DNA from: Mobula birostris
Taxonomy: Eukaryota
Assembly (NCBI RefSeq): GCF_030028105.1
Contig: NC_092377.1
Location: 51,586,952-51,650,951 of the forward strand
Direction of reading: 5' to 3'
Length of the DNA: 64,000 bases
Below, piece after piece: positions 35,178 through 47,680 of this stretch. The notes under the pieces were generated by a model. That model worked only from the letters and a program-made list of their open reading frames with translations. It searched no databases and was not told where the DNA came from. The position numbers were made by a program, and so were the translations under genes. Each line of letters starts with the position of its first letter. The first letter of the stretch is position 1.

Positions 35178-37973
35178 GTGGTTGGCTCACAAATAGAGAA
35201 AGCTTGGAGACAGTGCGAGAGGAAGGATAGGCAGGTGATAGAGAAGGGATACACTCAGACCGATGGTTTGAGATGTCTCTATTTTAATGCAAGAAGCATC
35301 ATGAACAAAGTGGATGAGCTTAGAGCGTGGATCAGTATTTGGAGATATGATGTTGTGGCCATTACAGAGACCTGGATGGCTCAGAGACAGGAGTGGTTAC
35401 TTCGAGTGCCAGGCTTTAGATGTTTCAGAAAGGACAGGGAGGGATGCAAAAGAGTTGGGGGTGAGGCACTGCTGATCAGAGATAGTGTCACGGCTGCAGA
35501 AAAGGAGGACGCCATGGAGGGATTGTCTATGAAGTCTCTGTGAACAGGAATGGGTCAATACCTCTACTGGGTGTTTTTTATAGACCACCCAATAGTAACG
35601 GGGACATTGAGGAGCAGATAGGGAGACAGATTCTGGAAAGGTGTAATAATATCACGGTTGTTGTGATGGGAGATTTTCATTTCCCAAATATTGTTTGGCA
35701 TCTCACTAGAGCAAGGGGTTTAGATGGGGTGGAGTTCATGATGTGTGTTCAGGAAGGTTTCCTGACACAATATATAGATAACCCTACAAGAGGAGCAGCT
35801 GTACTTGATCTGGTATTGGGAAATGAACCTGGTCAGATGTCAGGTCTCTCAGTGGGAGAGCATTTTGGAGATAGTGATCACAATTCTATCTCCTTTACCA
35901 TAACATTGAAGAAGGATAAGAACAGACAAGTTAGGAAAGTGTTTAATTGGAGTAAGGGGAAATGTGAAGCTATCAGGCAGGAACTTGGAAGCATAAATTG
36001 GGAACAGATGTCCTCAGGAAAATGTACCGCAGAAATGTAGCAAATATTCAGGGGATACTTGAGTGGTGTTCTGCATAGGTACATTCCAGTGAGACAGGGA
36101 AATAATGGAACCATGGTGTACAAAGGCTGTTGAAAATCTAGTCGAGAAGAAAAGAAAGCTTATGAAAGGTTCAAAAATGTAGGTAATGATAGAGGTCTAG
36201 AAGATTATAAATCTAGCAGGAAGGTACTTAAGGATGAAATTAGGAGAGCCAGAAGGGGCCATGAGAAGGCCTTGGCAAGCAGGATTAAAGAAAATCCCAA
36301 GGCTTGTTACAAGTATGTGAAGAGCAAGCGGATAAGACATGAGAGAATAGGACCAACCAAGTGTGAAAGTGGAAAAGTGTGTATGGAACCGGAGGAGATA
36401 GCAGAGGTACTAGATGAATACTTTGCTTCAGCATTCACTACGGAAAAGGATCTTAGCAATTGTAGGGAATATTTACAGTGAATTGAAAAGTTTGAGCACA
36501 TAGACATTAAGAAAGAGGATGTGCTGGAGCTTATGGAAAGCATCAAGTTGGATAAGTCACCAGGACCGGATGAGATGTACCCCAGGCTACTGTGGAAGGT
36601 GAGGCAAGAGATTGCTGAGCCTCTGGCAATGATCTTTGCATCATCAATGAGGATGGGCGAGGTTCTGGAGGATTGGAAGTTTGCAGATGTTGTTCCCTTA
36701 TTCAAGAAAGGGAGTAGAGATTGCCCAGGAAATTATAGATCAGAGAATCTTACTTCAGTGGTTGGTAAGTTGATGGAAAAGATCTTGAGAGGCAGGATTT
36801 ATGAACATTTGGAGAGGCATAATATGATTGGGAATAGTCAGCATGGCTTTGTCAAAGGCAAGTCTTGCCTTATGAGGCTGATTGAATTTTTATGAGGATG
36901 TGACTAAACACATTGATGAAGGTGGAAAAATAGATGTAGTGTATATGGATTTCAGCAAGGCATTTGATAAGGTACCCGATTCAAGGCTTATTGAGAAAGT
37001 AAGGAGGCATGGGATCCATGGGGACCTTACTTTGTGGATCCAGAATTGGCTTGCCCACAGAAGGCACAGAGTGGTTGTAGACAGGTCATATTCTGCATGG
37101 AGGTTGGTGACCAGTGGTGTGCCTCAGGGATCTGTTCTGGGACCCCTCCTCTTTGTGATTTTTATACATAACCTGGATGAGGAAATGGAGGGATTTAGTA
37201 ATTTTGCTGATGACACAAAGGTTGGGGTTGTTGTGGATAGTGTGGAGGACTGTCAGAGGTTACAGCAGGACATTGATAGGATGCAAAACTGGGCTGAGAA
37301 GTGGCAGATGGAGTTCAACCCAGATAAGTGTGAAGTGGTTCATTTTGGTAGATCAAATATGATGGCAGAATATAGTATTAATGGTAAGACTCTTGGCAGT
37401 GTGGAGGATCAGATGGGTTCCGAGTCCACAGGACACTCAAAGCAGCTGCGCAGGTTGACTCTGTGGTTAAGAAGGCATATGGTTTATTGGCGTTCATCAA
37501 TCGTGGGATTGAGTTTAAGAGCCGAGAGGTAACGTTGCAGCTATGTAGGACCCTGGTAAGACCCCACTTGGAGTACTGTGCTCAGTTCTGGTTGCCTCAC
37601 TACAGGAAGGATGTGGAAGCCATAGAAAGGGTGCAGAAGAGATTTACAAGGATGTTGTCTGGATGAGAATAGGTTGAGTGAACTCAGCCTTTTCTCCTTG
37701 GAGCGGAGAAGGATGAGAGGTGATCTGATAGAGGTGTATAAGATGATGAGAGACATTGATCGTGTGGATAGTCAGAGGCTTTTTCCCAGGGCTGAAATGG
37801 CTAATATGAGAGGGCACGGTTTTAAGGTCCTTGGAAGTAGGTACAGAGGAGAGGTCAGTGGTACGTTTTTTACGCAGAGAGTGGTGAGTGTGTGGAATAG
37901 GCTGCCAGCGATGGTGGTGGAGGCGGAGACGATAGGGTCTTTTAAGACTCATAGATATGTACATGGAGCTTAG
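35178..37973 (+). pseudogene. CR1 ORF2 (APE endonuclease + RT)
   Basis: ORF pieces 35178, 35540, 36272, 36521, 36882, 37463, 37674. Confidence 0.92.
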
Positions 37974-38269
37974 AAAAATAGAGGGCTATGGGTAACCCTG
38001 GGTAATTTCTAAAGTAAGTACATGTTTGGCACAGCATTGTGGGCCAAAGGGCCTGTATTTTGCTGTTGGTTTTCTATGTTTCTGTATTTAAAACAGAGAT
38101 TGATAGGTTCTAGATTCATCAGGGAATGAAAGATTATGGGGAGAAGTCAGGAGAATGGGGTTGATAAGGATAATAAATCAGCCATGATGGGATGGTGGAG
38201 AAGACTCAATGGGCCAAGTCGCCTAATTCTACTCCTATGTTTTATGGTCTTATGGTTTTATGACATTAA

Positions 38270-38725
38270 GATATAGCCAATTTGCACAAGGAGCTCTACC
38301 CATGCACAATGTTACCATATGGAGTCAAATTTTTATCCAAGATTTTCCAGCCCCCATTGGACAAAAATTGTAAGGAATAGACCATTGCATAGGTAATGAT
38401 TGTATGGTGGTTTCAGAAACACCAAGGAAGAATATTTCATTTTCGAGAAGTGTTCAGGAGACCGCATGAACATGATGCCAACCTGAAGAAAGATAAACAT
38501 TCATTTTTCTGGTATTGCTTGGTTTGAATCTGATCCAATGTCTGTCGATCAGTGAAATGGAAGCCATCACTAATATGCCAAACCCAAAAAATATAGTAAA
38601 GCTAAGGTCATCCCAAGGGTTAGATTAGTAAACATACAATTCCTTTCAGCTTCTACTGCAATGCCCATATCATTGAACTGATTGGTGAAAACAGATTTGA
38701 AATGGATGTGAAGCAAAGAGTAACA
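38270..38725 (+). mobile_element. Ancient Gypsy pol (RT) fossil
   Basis: Manual translation across frames: NLHKELYPCTMLPYGVK..KIFQ..LD; IGNDCMVV; EHDANLKK; EAITNMPNPKNIVKLRSSQGL. Confidence 0.7.
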
Positions 38726-39014
38726 AGTTGCCGACTAAGAATGAAAGGGAAATCTAGCAGGTTCAACTCTACATGTCTTATAATGACGTAAAGTCTGGTT
38801 GAAGTTGACAGGTGAGGGAGTTGGTGCAGTAATAAGTCACATGATAAATGATGGAAAAGAGAAAGGGATGATCACCAATGTTCCCTCTAAGGTGTGTGAG
38901 TGTGCACATGCACAAATCTTTTGCTACAAGCACACAAAGGAATTTAAACTACACCTAAAAGTTTGTCACCCTATACCTTATTGACACGTTAGTATATTCC
39001 ACAATTGTACAAAA

Positions 39015-39708
39015 TCATGTTCCCTCCCCTCACTATCATTCAGGGCCCTAAACAGTCCTTCCAAGTGAGGTGACACTTCACTTTTGAATCTGTTGAGAGT
39101 CATATACAGCATCTGGTGCTCCCGGTGTGGCCTCCTTTATATCGGTAACACCTGACATAGATTGGGAGAACGCTTTGCCGAGCACCTACTGAACAAGTGG
39201 GATCTTCCAGTGGCCACCCATTTTAATTCCACTTCCCATTCCCATTCCCATTCACATATGTCCATCCATGGCCTTCTCCACTGTCATGATGAGGCCACAC
39301 TCAGGTTGGAGGAACAACAACTTATATTCCATTTGGGTAGCCTCCAACCAGATGGCATGAGCATCGATTTCTCAAATTTCTGGTAGTGCCTCCCACTCCC
39401 CACGCCCCTTCCGCTTTTCCCTCTCTTACCTTATCTTCCCCACCCATCACCTCCCTCTGGTGCTCCTCCCCCCTTTTCTTTCATCCTTGGCCTTCTGTCT
39501 CTTTCACCAATCAACTTCCCAACTCTGTTTCATCCCTCCCCCTCCAGGTTTCATTCATCATCTTGTGTTTCTCTCTCCCCTCCACCCACCTTTTAAATCT
39601 ACTCCTCAGCATTTTTCTTCGGGTCTGTTGGAGGGTATCGGCCAGAAACGTCGACTGTACTCTTTTCTTAGATACTGCCTTACCTGCTAAGTTTTGTGTG
39701 TGTTGCTC
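39015..39708 (+). mobile_element. PLE 3' fragment (GIY-YIG), hammerhead degenerate
   Basis: IQGPKQSFQV..FT.ES..VIYSIWCSRCGLLYIG..LGERFAEHL..QPDGMSIDF. Confidence 0.9.
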
Positions 39709-40361
39709 ATATTTCCTTTTCCAGTTTCTGATGCGGACGGTGTTGATAACATGGAGTTTGCGATGATTTGTCTGCAGATTTTAGAATTGGCTTATTTATA
39801 CTGTTTTTAATTGAAGAAATTATTCAGTGCACACATGTTGTTGTCACTAGGCAAAGAAATTCCACAGCACAAGATTTTTGCGCAGATTGATCATTACAAA
39901 TTAGAGGGAACATTGGTGATCACAACTGCACATCCATTGAGATGCAAGCTCTTGTACTTGCAAGTGTCCATTATCAAGAAATTGTTGAGGTGTCACTCAT
40001 CAGATCCTCTACATGTTAACAGATTACCAGATCTTTAATCAGCATTACTTTTTGTGAAGTATCAAGGATGTAACAACAGGTCATTATTTTAAAACAGTCT
40101 GATCGTACAAATAACTACTGGAAGTGAAAGTATGTTCACAAGTTACATAGGCTTGATAATGTCTTTCGAGTAACAGTCACTGAAATCAAATAAGACTTGG
40201 TGTTGAAAGAGTCTATAAACAGAAATTGAAAGGCTGAACAATATGCAATCAGTGTACACCCAAGAAACTGAAGTAATTCCAATGTCTTCTCAATCAGTTT
40301 TCACACGAGCAGGGCTGCATGAATTGGAATGACAGATTCGTAACATCCATGAGAAAATCAA

Positions 40362-40487
40362 AAAAAAAGCTGCAGATGGTGCAGCTTTGAAATATAAGCA
40401 GAAAACGCTGGAAATATTCAGCAGATCAAGCAGTATCTATGGAAAGGGAAACAAGTAATGTTTCAGATTCAGGATCTTTCATCAGCA
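40362..40487 (-). mobile_element. PLE terminal remnant with hammerhead core
   Basis: Minus strand CTGATGA-A-AGAT(CCTGA)ATCT-GAAACATTA, followed by PLE-type terminus. Confidence 0.65.
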
Positions 40488-41044
40488 TATTTATGACATT
40501 GAAAAAATGATTTTAACTGATCCTCATATTACACAAACAGTAATAGTAACATGACAGCAGTTTTGAGAATGGTATTTATTGGCCCTGCTTGGATGGTGAC
40601 CTGGAATCATGAGTGAAAAAAATCACTGGTGCAAAACGTTAAGAGCAAACTACATAGAATTCATTTGTTTTCATGATCACAGCCTACCAGATCTTTACAC
40701 TGGAACGTTTGGTAGAATTTTGTGAAACAAGGAATGTCTTTTTCCTGGTTCCGATCAATGATCACTTAAACTACAATGGGTGAATTGTGGTCCATGTATG
40801 AGAATCACAGCTTGCCCGAATAACCTGGTCCTGACAATAGCTCACAAATTTCAATCTACTGCTCACAAACTTTATAAAAAGAATGTTATCAATTATATTC
40901 CTCTGTCTTCATATCATCCAGCTTCAGGTGAAACAGCCAATAGCTCAGTTATAACAGTTAAGTAACTGTCAAAAGGAGTGTTACAGGGATATTCTAAATT
41001 CAGAAAGGAACATGGTTTTGACCTACTTAAGTAGAATACAGATC

Positions 41045-41310
41045 ATGTAATGTCACAGAATTGTGTAGCAAAGAAGTCAGTCCTTCAGCTCACCACATCC
41101 ATGCTGAATATCTGCTCAGCTAAACAGTTCCCATGTACCTATATTAGATCTGCAACCTTCAGTGCCTTGCTTGTTTAAGTGCCTGCCTTAATGTCTCCTA
41201 AGTGCAACAACTGCATCTAACTCCACCTTCTCCTCTGACAGTGAGATCCAGATATCAGCCACACTCGGTGTAAACAAACTTCCCCTTTAAACACCTTCTT
41301 CTCATCTATG
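41045..41310 (-). mobile_element. CR1 3' fragment, degraded
   Basis: Reverse CR1 end motifs (CCTTCAGCTCACCACATCCATG; CTCCACC..CTCCTCTGACAG..TCCAGAT). Confidence 0.6.
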
Positions 41311-41579
41311 GAGTCAGCATATGCAGAACTTTTGAAGAGTATAAAACTGAAAAATTGCTGAAGTCCCACTCAACCACGTTTGACTTCTCAGACTGAGTCA
41401 CGATGACACTAATCAGAAGTAAACCAATTTCAAATAGAAATTTTTCATGTTCTTGGACTGTAACCACTCCTCCTCAGCAGCCAAGGTCATAAGCGTGAGA
41501 GAAAAGAACCATTGCAGAGTTCTGTGGAACCAAGAAAACTCTGTTTGGAATTTATGACCAAATCCAAGGGGCTCATGTA

Positions 41580-43176
41580 CAAACCCCATTTCCAGAAAAG
41601 TTGGGATATTTTCCAAAATGCAATAAACAAAAATCTGTGATATGTTAATTCATGTGAACCTTTATTTAACTGACAAAAGTACAAAGAAAAGATTTTCAAT
41701 AGTTTTACTGACCAGCTTAATTGTATTTTGTAAACATACACAATTTTAGAATTTGATGGCTGCAACACACTCAACGAAAGTTGGGACAGCGGCATGTTTA
41801 CCATTATGTTACATCTCCTTTCCTTTTAATAACACTTTTTAATCATTTTGGAACTGAGGATACTAATTGTACTAGATTTGCAATTGGAAATTTTGTCCAT
41901 TCTTGCTTGATATAAGACTTCAGCTGCTCAACAGTCCGTGGTCTCCGTTGTCTGATTCTCCTCTTCATGATGCGCCATACATTTTCAATAGGAGATAGAT
42001 CTGGACTGGCAGCAGGCCAGTCAAGCACACATACTCTGTGTCTACAAAGCCACGCTGTTGTAGCCCATGCAGAATGTGGTCTGGCATTGTCCTGCTGAAA
42101 TAAGCATGGACGTCCCGGGAAGAGACGTCGCCTTGATGGCAACATATGTCTCTCTAAAATCCTAATATACACCTCAGGGTCAATGGTACCTTCACATACA
42201 TGCAACTCATCCATACCCACTGATGGACCCCCATACCATCACAGATGCTGGCTTTTGCACCTTTCGCTGATAACAATCTGGATGGTCGTTTTCATCTTTG
42301 GCACGGAGAACTGGACGCCCGTTTTTTCCGAAAACTAGCTGAAATGTGGACTCTTCTGACCGCAGCACATGGTTCCACAGTCTTTCGGTCCATCTGAGAT
42401 GAGCTCGGGCCCAGAGAACTCGCCGGCGTTTCTGCTTAGAGCTGATGTATGGCTTCCTCCTTGCGTAATACAGTTTCAAGTTGCATTTCTGGATGCAGCG
42501 ACGGACTGTGTTGAGTGACAATGGTTTTCCGAAGTACTCCCGAGCCCAGGTGGCTATAATTGTCACAGTAGCATGACGGTTTCTTAGGCAGTGCTGCCTG
42601 AGAGTTCAAAGATCACGCGCATTCAACAGTGGTTTCCGACCTTGCCCTTTACGCACTGAGATGTCTCTGAATTCCCTGAATCTTTTCACAATATTATGTA
42701 CTGTAGATGTTGAAAGACCTAAATTCTCTGCAATCTTGCGTTGAGAAATGTTCCTTTTGAACTGACTAACAATTCTCTCACGAATTTTGGCACAAAGGGG
42801 TGAGCCAACACCCATCCTTGCTTGCAAAGACTGAGCCTTTGATGGATGCTGCTTTTATACCCGGTCATGATACCTCACCTGCTACCAATTAGCCTGCTTA
42901 ATGTGAAGACTTCCAAACCGGTGTTACTTGAATATTTTGTGCACTTTTCAATCTTATTTTAACTCTGTCCCAACTTTTGTTGAGTGTGTTGCAGCCATCA
43001 AATTCTAAATTTGTGTATATTTACAAAATACAATTAAGTTGGTCAGTAAAGCTATTGAAAATCTTTTCTTTGTACTTTTGTCAGTTAAATAAAGGTTCAC
43101 GTGAATTAACATATCACAGATTTTTGTTTTTATTGCATTTTGGAAAATATCCCAACTTTTCTGGAAATGGGGTTTG
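41580..43176 (-). mobile_element. Tc1-family DNA transposon, IR/DR type, DD34E, 1597 bp
   Basis: TA TSD at 41578-79 and 43177-78. ~210-bp TIRs (41580-41789; 42965-43176) with inner and outer AAAGTTGGGA direct repeats. Confidence 0.97.
41843..42815 (-). pseudogene. Tc1 transposase, frameshifted, first catalytic D changed to E
   Basis: HTH (SQRKIAENLGLSTSTVHNIVKRF), GRKP, VLRSEES (normally WSDES), VMVWG, FQQDNARPH, SPDLSPIENVW; 34 residues between D and E. Confidence 0.93.
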
Positions 43177-43934
43177 TAGATGCAATGACCTCCACTAGAA
43201 ATTAACATCTAGATTGAGTTGGACCCTGTGCAACCCTGACAAAGAAATAAGACTTTCTTTGAGTTTAAATCTGAAATCAAACAGACCAAAAGTGGATTTG
43301 AAGTTCTTACAGCCCTCTGAATTCCATGTATGAGACTAGGTTTACAGTTCTTGTTCACTTAAAGGAGTAAGTCAGTTATCATCATCTGAAATATTGATAA
43401 CTTATATCCTTGTCATCAAAATGTAAAAGATGTACTGTATATAGACAAAAATAGCATTCTTTATTAAAGATAGATAGTTATCAATATAGTGCATCAATAT
43501 ACATGAGTATCCTACAAACTGTTTTTCCATATGTGAAAGAATACTGTGAACCTATTGGATGCAAGAGTCATGTGCTGTGCCTACTCGTAACATTCACAGT
43601 CACTATCAGCTGAACACTAAATAATCAATATGTTAAGAGTTCAGCTTTGGAAGTGAACCATTTCACCTCTGATACAAATGCAATGGAATTTAATGTGTTT
43701 GTGAAGATATTGCAAGCTACATTCAAAACTTTCCAGACAACTAAACTTGCTAGTTATCAGCCCAAGACTACATATTATCCCCAGCAGCTAAGCACGAGGG
43801 GCAGGTAGTCTTAGTCGAATAACTACCAAGGTGCATTGTGGAATTCATTGCCAGGTTAGTTTTAACAATTCAGCTTGCATTCAATTCTCTTTGATACTTA
43901 GCTTCACAACCATAACTTATTACCCTTCTATCAG

Positions 43935-44390
43935 CATCCCAGGGTTCCTTATTGCCCAGCCATATAAGTGGCATGGCTACAAGAACAGGCTCCATTCTGT
44001 GCATCTCACAGAAAATGGCTCACTTATTAAGTCCACACGAACGTTTCACCATCTGCAAGGCATAAGCCAGGAGTGTGATGGAGTACTTTCCACTTGCCTA
44101 GATGAGAGCAGCTCCAACAATGCTTAAGAGGTTGGTGTCATTCAAGACTATACAGCATACTTGATTTACATGTTATGAAATGTCGACTGTACTCTTTTCC
44201 ATAGATGCTGCCTGGCCTGCTGAGTTCCTCCAGCATTTTGTGTATGTTGCTGGGATTTCCAGCATCTGCAGATTTTCTCTTGTTTCTGTTTCATTCTTTC
44301 CTTTATGGTGCATGGCTGCAGTCTGTGCCATTAACAAGATGGACAGTGGCAAGATGCTGAGGCTTCTTCGATATGTCGTCCTAACCCTTT
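43935..44390 (+). mobile_element. Old CR1/L2-group LINE fragment interrupted by a PLE terminus (44175-44285)
   Basis: TICKA*ARSVMEYFPLA motif (YKA.VRS.MEY); PLE end GAAATGTCGACTGTACTC..GAGTTCCTCCAGCA. Confidence 0.65.
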
Positions 44391-45334
44391 TTCATCATTC
44401 AGCAGAAGAGTGGGTTTACAGATTCCTTATGCAGGAGGTGCAGCTTCCTGGCCTCCGTCAGACTTTGGTGCTTCCCTGGAGGTATGTCCACAGAGATGAA
44501 ATATATCACCCTCCAGAAGGGTACAAAAGAGTATCATTAAATAATCCATGCTAGGTAACAAAAATGTACAACAGATACTGCACAAAGATTAATTTGGCCC
44601 ATCTTCATTGGAGACTGGTGATAAGGAAACATAATGGAGTGCACCTGGGTAGTCAATAGTGAAATAGACTGGCATTGTGTTCCAGGTATTTTCACATCTT
44701 CTATAATTTCTTTAATCAAAACAACCCTTTTATAGCTTCGATCAGCTGATGGCACTGTATTTTTTTCCACTATTCAGATACAAAAATCTGAAATACTGTT
44801 TACAGGATTTTGATGGAATATTCTGCTAAATGATGGATATACATTGATAAGTCAGCATGCTTGGTAAACAGATGGTATATATATTTGAGTGTGTGTATTT
44901 TTTTGCATTTCTGTAGTTTACTTTGAATTATTAGAATAGTGGGAATAAGAAGGCTGTTGCTTTAATATTAATCTGAATATTTTATTTGATAGATCATATG
45001 AACTAATCGCATCTGGACAACTCATAAGTATGCCTACAATATGGTACAATGCACATGTCAGCAGAAACTGAATTTTCTGTCAGTGTGAAACAGACAACTC
45101 AGAAGTTATCTCATTGTCATGCAAGTTTCACTACGTTGTTTCAGTCACTTGAGCAGATGAGAAGTTTTCCCTTGCTTATGGTTATGTTTCAGGTTTAGTG
45201 GCAGTGGGAGTTGTGGGCAGTGGTGAGGCCAATTGTGAAAAGTTGAGGGAATGTGACAACAATTAAGATTAGGGAAGAACTGATGAATCAACAGGTCCTT
45301 AACAGCTCATCAATTTTGAGCATGAATTTAGATT

Positions 45335-45825
45335 CATAGAACATAGAACATTACAGCACAATACAGCGTTTTGGATGATATGGTACTAAGCATTTAACCT
45401 ACTTCATTGTCAATCTAATGCTTCCTTCCCACATAGCCCAGATGGGTTCTTGGCCAAGTACTAAATACCTATGCTGATCAACTGGAGGGAGTGTTCACTG
45501 TTATCTTCAATAACTTGCTTCGGCAGTCTGCGGTACCAACCTGCTTCAAGCAGGCTTCAATTATACTGGTGCCCAAGAAGAAGATGGTGACCTGCCTCAG
45601 TGACTATCATCCAGTAGCACTTACCATCCACAGTGATGAAGTTTTTGAGAGGATGACACCTCTCACCTTCCTTTGCTCCAAAGAGAAGGGACTAGCTCAC
45701 TCAACCTCTCCTTTTACGACATATTCTTCAATGCAGTCAGCATTCCCGTAACCTCCACTGCACCCTCTCTCTGAATCTTCCTTCAGCCTTCTATAATGAG
45801 GCGAGCAGAAATGAACTCAATGCGA
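45335..45825. mobile_element. CR1 3' fragment (minus) with embedded Rex1 RT fragment (plus, ~45440-45650)
   Basis: CATAGAACATAGAACA reverse tail; VPTCFKQASIILVPKK..CLSDYHPVALT. Confidence 0.7.
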
Positions 45826-46029
45826 AGATTCAAGATTCAAAGTACATTTATTATCAAAGAATATATGAATTATATAACCTTGAGATTTGTTTGCTTACAG
45901 ATAGACACAAAGCAAGAAACCTGAAAGAATCCAATTAAAATAGAATAAAAATAAAAGACCAACACCCATTGCGCAAGGAAAAGGGAAAAAAAAGCACAAA
46001 TCCTGGAAACAGTTATCACCAATAACAAC

Positions 46030-46604
46030 GCAAACACGAGGAATTCTGTAGATGCTGGAAATTCGAGCAACACACATCAAAGTTGCTGGTGAACGCAGCA
46101 GGCCAGGCAGCATCTCTAGGAAGAGGTACAGTCGACGTTTCGGGCCGAGACCCTTCGTCAGGACTAACTGAAGGAAGAGCTAGTAAGAGATTTGAAAGTG
46201 GGAGGGGGAGGGGGAGATCCAAAATGATAGGAGAAGACAGGAGGGGGAGGGATGGAGCCAAGAGCTGGACAGGTGATTGGCAAAAGGGATATGAGAGGAT
46301 CATGGGACAGGAGGCCCAGGGAGAAGGAAAAAGAGGAGGGGGGGGAAAAACCCAGAGGATGGGCAAGGGGTATAGTCAGAGGGACAGAGGGAGAAAAAGA
46401 AGAGAGAGAGAAAGAATGTGGGTATATAAATAAATAACGGATGGGGTACGAGGGGGAGGTGGGGCACTAGCGGAAGTTTGAGAAGTCAATGTTCATGCCA
46501 TCAGGTTGGAGGCTACCCAGACGGAATATAAGCCTGAAACATCAACTGTACCTCTTCCTAGAGATGCTGCCTGGCCTGCTGCGTTCACCTGCAACTTTGA
46601 TGTG
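46030..46604 (-). mobile_element. PLE insertion with inverted terminal segment and 16-bp TSD
   Basis: 46071-46530 is highly similar to 8284-8740; 46531-46604 is the inverse of ~46072-46145. TSD TATCAC(C/G)AATAACAAC at 46014-46029 and 46605-46620. Confidence 0.93.
46129..46166 (-). ncRNA. Minimal type-I hammerhead ribozyme (PLE-associated)
   Basis: Minus strand UAGUC-CUGACGA-A-GGGU(CUCG)GCCC-GAAAC-GUC-GACUG. Confidence 0.82.
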
Positions 46605-47199
46605 TATCACGAATAACAACATTCCTTACCAAATTAACTCCTCAGATCCAAACCCTGGAGGATCCCAGAGTAGGCCTAAAGTTTCATCATATTAATGGAC
46701 ACAGAGCACAGTGGCCAGAGCAGCCTTCATAGCCTCAGCGCCATGGAGAGGGGAGTGACCATCGCGGAGAGCGAGCAAAATCGACTCTTGCCTCAGATTG
46801 CGACACCTTGTCTTTTCAGTCTATCTGGGCCGGTGTTTAATCTGACCGAACAATGGAACAGCAAAAGTCTCCAAAGCCCTGGAGAGAGGAGTAAACATCA
46901 GAGTGAATATCGGGGAGAGCGAGCGAAATCAGCTCTCACCTCTGATCTGAGCCAGCGTTTAAATTGTCTAAGCAATGGATCGTACCTTGCACTAGGACTC
47001 ACCTACTGTGAAGGGTTCATGGCCTGGACAATGCCACCCCATGAGTTGCTCTGGGCTCAGATTTTGCCATCCAGGTCGAAGCCGCTCTCACACTCTTCAA
47101 ATCAGCTCAGCATCCAGAGCGATCGCACGTCACACCCAGGCCAATTGTACAGGCATCGAATCTCCTCAGCTCCATCCTCTCCTCTCTGAATGGCTCACT

Positions 47200-47680
47200 C
47201 CAACTTCACTGATTCTTGACTCTTTGAATGAACCTACCATGGGGAACCTTGAACATGTTACTAAAATCTATGTACACCACATCCACTGCTCTATCTCCAT
47301 CAAATTGTTTCTTCACTACCTTGAAGAATTCACTCAGGCTCTTGAGACACAATGTGCCTGTCACAAAACCATGCTGACTACTTCTAATCAGCCTTTGCAT
47401 CTTCAAATGCTCATAAATCCTGACATTAATAATCCTCTCCACTAGTTTACCCAACATTAATGTAAGATTCTCTGATTTGTAATTCTGAGGATTATCCCTA
47501 TTACCTTTCTTGAACAACAGAATGATATTTGCCACCTTCCATTTGGACTACTCGTGGCCAGTGAGAGTGCAGAAATAATTGCCACCTGTACAGCAATATC
47601 TTCCCTTGCTTCCAGTAGTAACCCGGGGTACATCTGATCCAGCCCTGGGAACTTATTTATCTCAGTGTTTTTCAAAAAAA
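47200..47680 (-). mobile_element. CR1 ORF2 (RT) fragment
   Basis: KFPGLDQMYP, LFKKGNRDNPQNY, SQHGFV, VDVVYIDFS. Confidence 0.85.

Larger units (their letters stand above)
33786..38081 (+). mobile_element. Full-length CR1 LINE (5' monomers, ORF1, ORF2, 3' UTR), inactivated
   Basis: ORF1 has CxxC..CxxC, a coiled coil and SGNH esterase (VIGDC, HIGTND). ORF2 has YFNARSI, AITETW, MGDF, SDHN, YMDFSKAFD, SGVPQGSVLGP, FADD, LVRPHLEY. TTTCTATG tail. Confidence 0.95.
30770..38262 (+). mobile_element. Old CR1 LINE (30770-33785 and 38082-38262), interrupted by a younger CR1
   Basis: ORF1 esterase remnant, EN (YLNACSI, VMGDFN, GSDHN) and RT remnants. The sequence resumes at TTTAAAACAGAGATTGATAGG and ends in a (TTATGGT)-like tail. 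Confidence 0.88.
45826..47200 (-). mobile_element. Non-coding retroposon with Rex1-type tail, split by a PLE insertion
   Basis: GATTCAAGATTCAAAGTACATTTATTATCAAAG tail; CpG-containing body resumes after the TSD at 46621. Confidence 0.6.
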
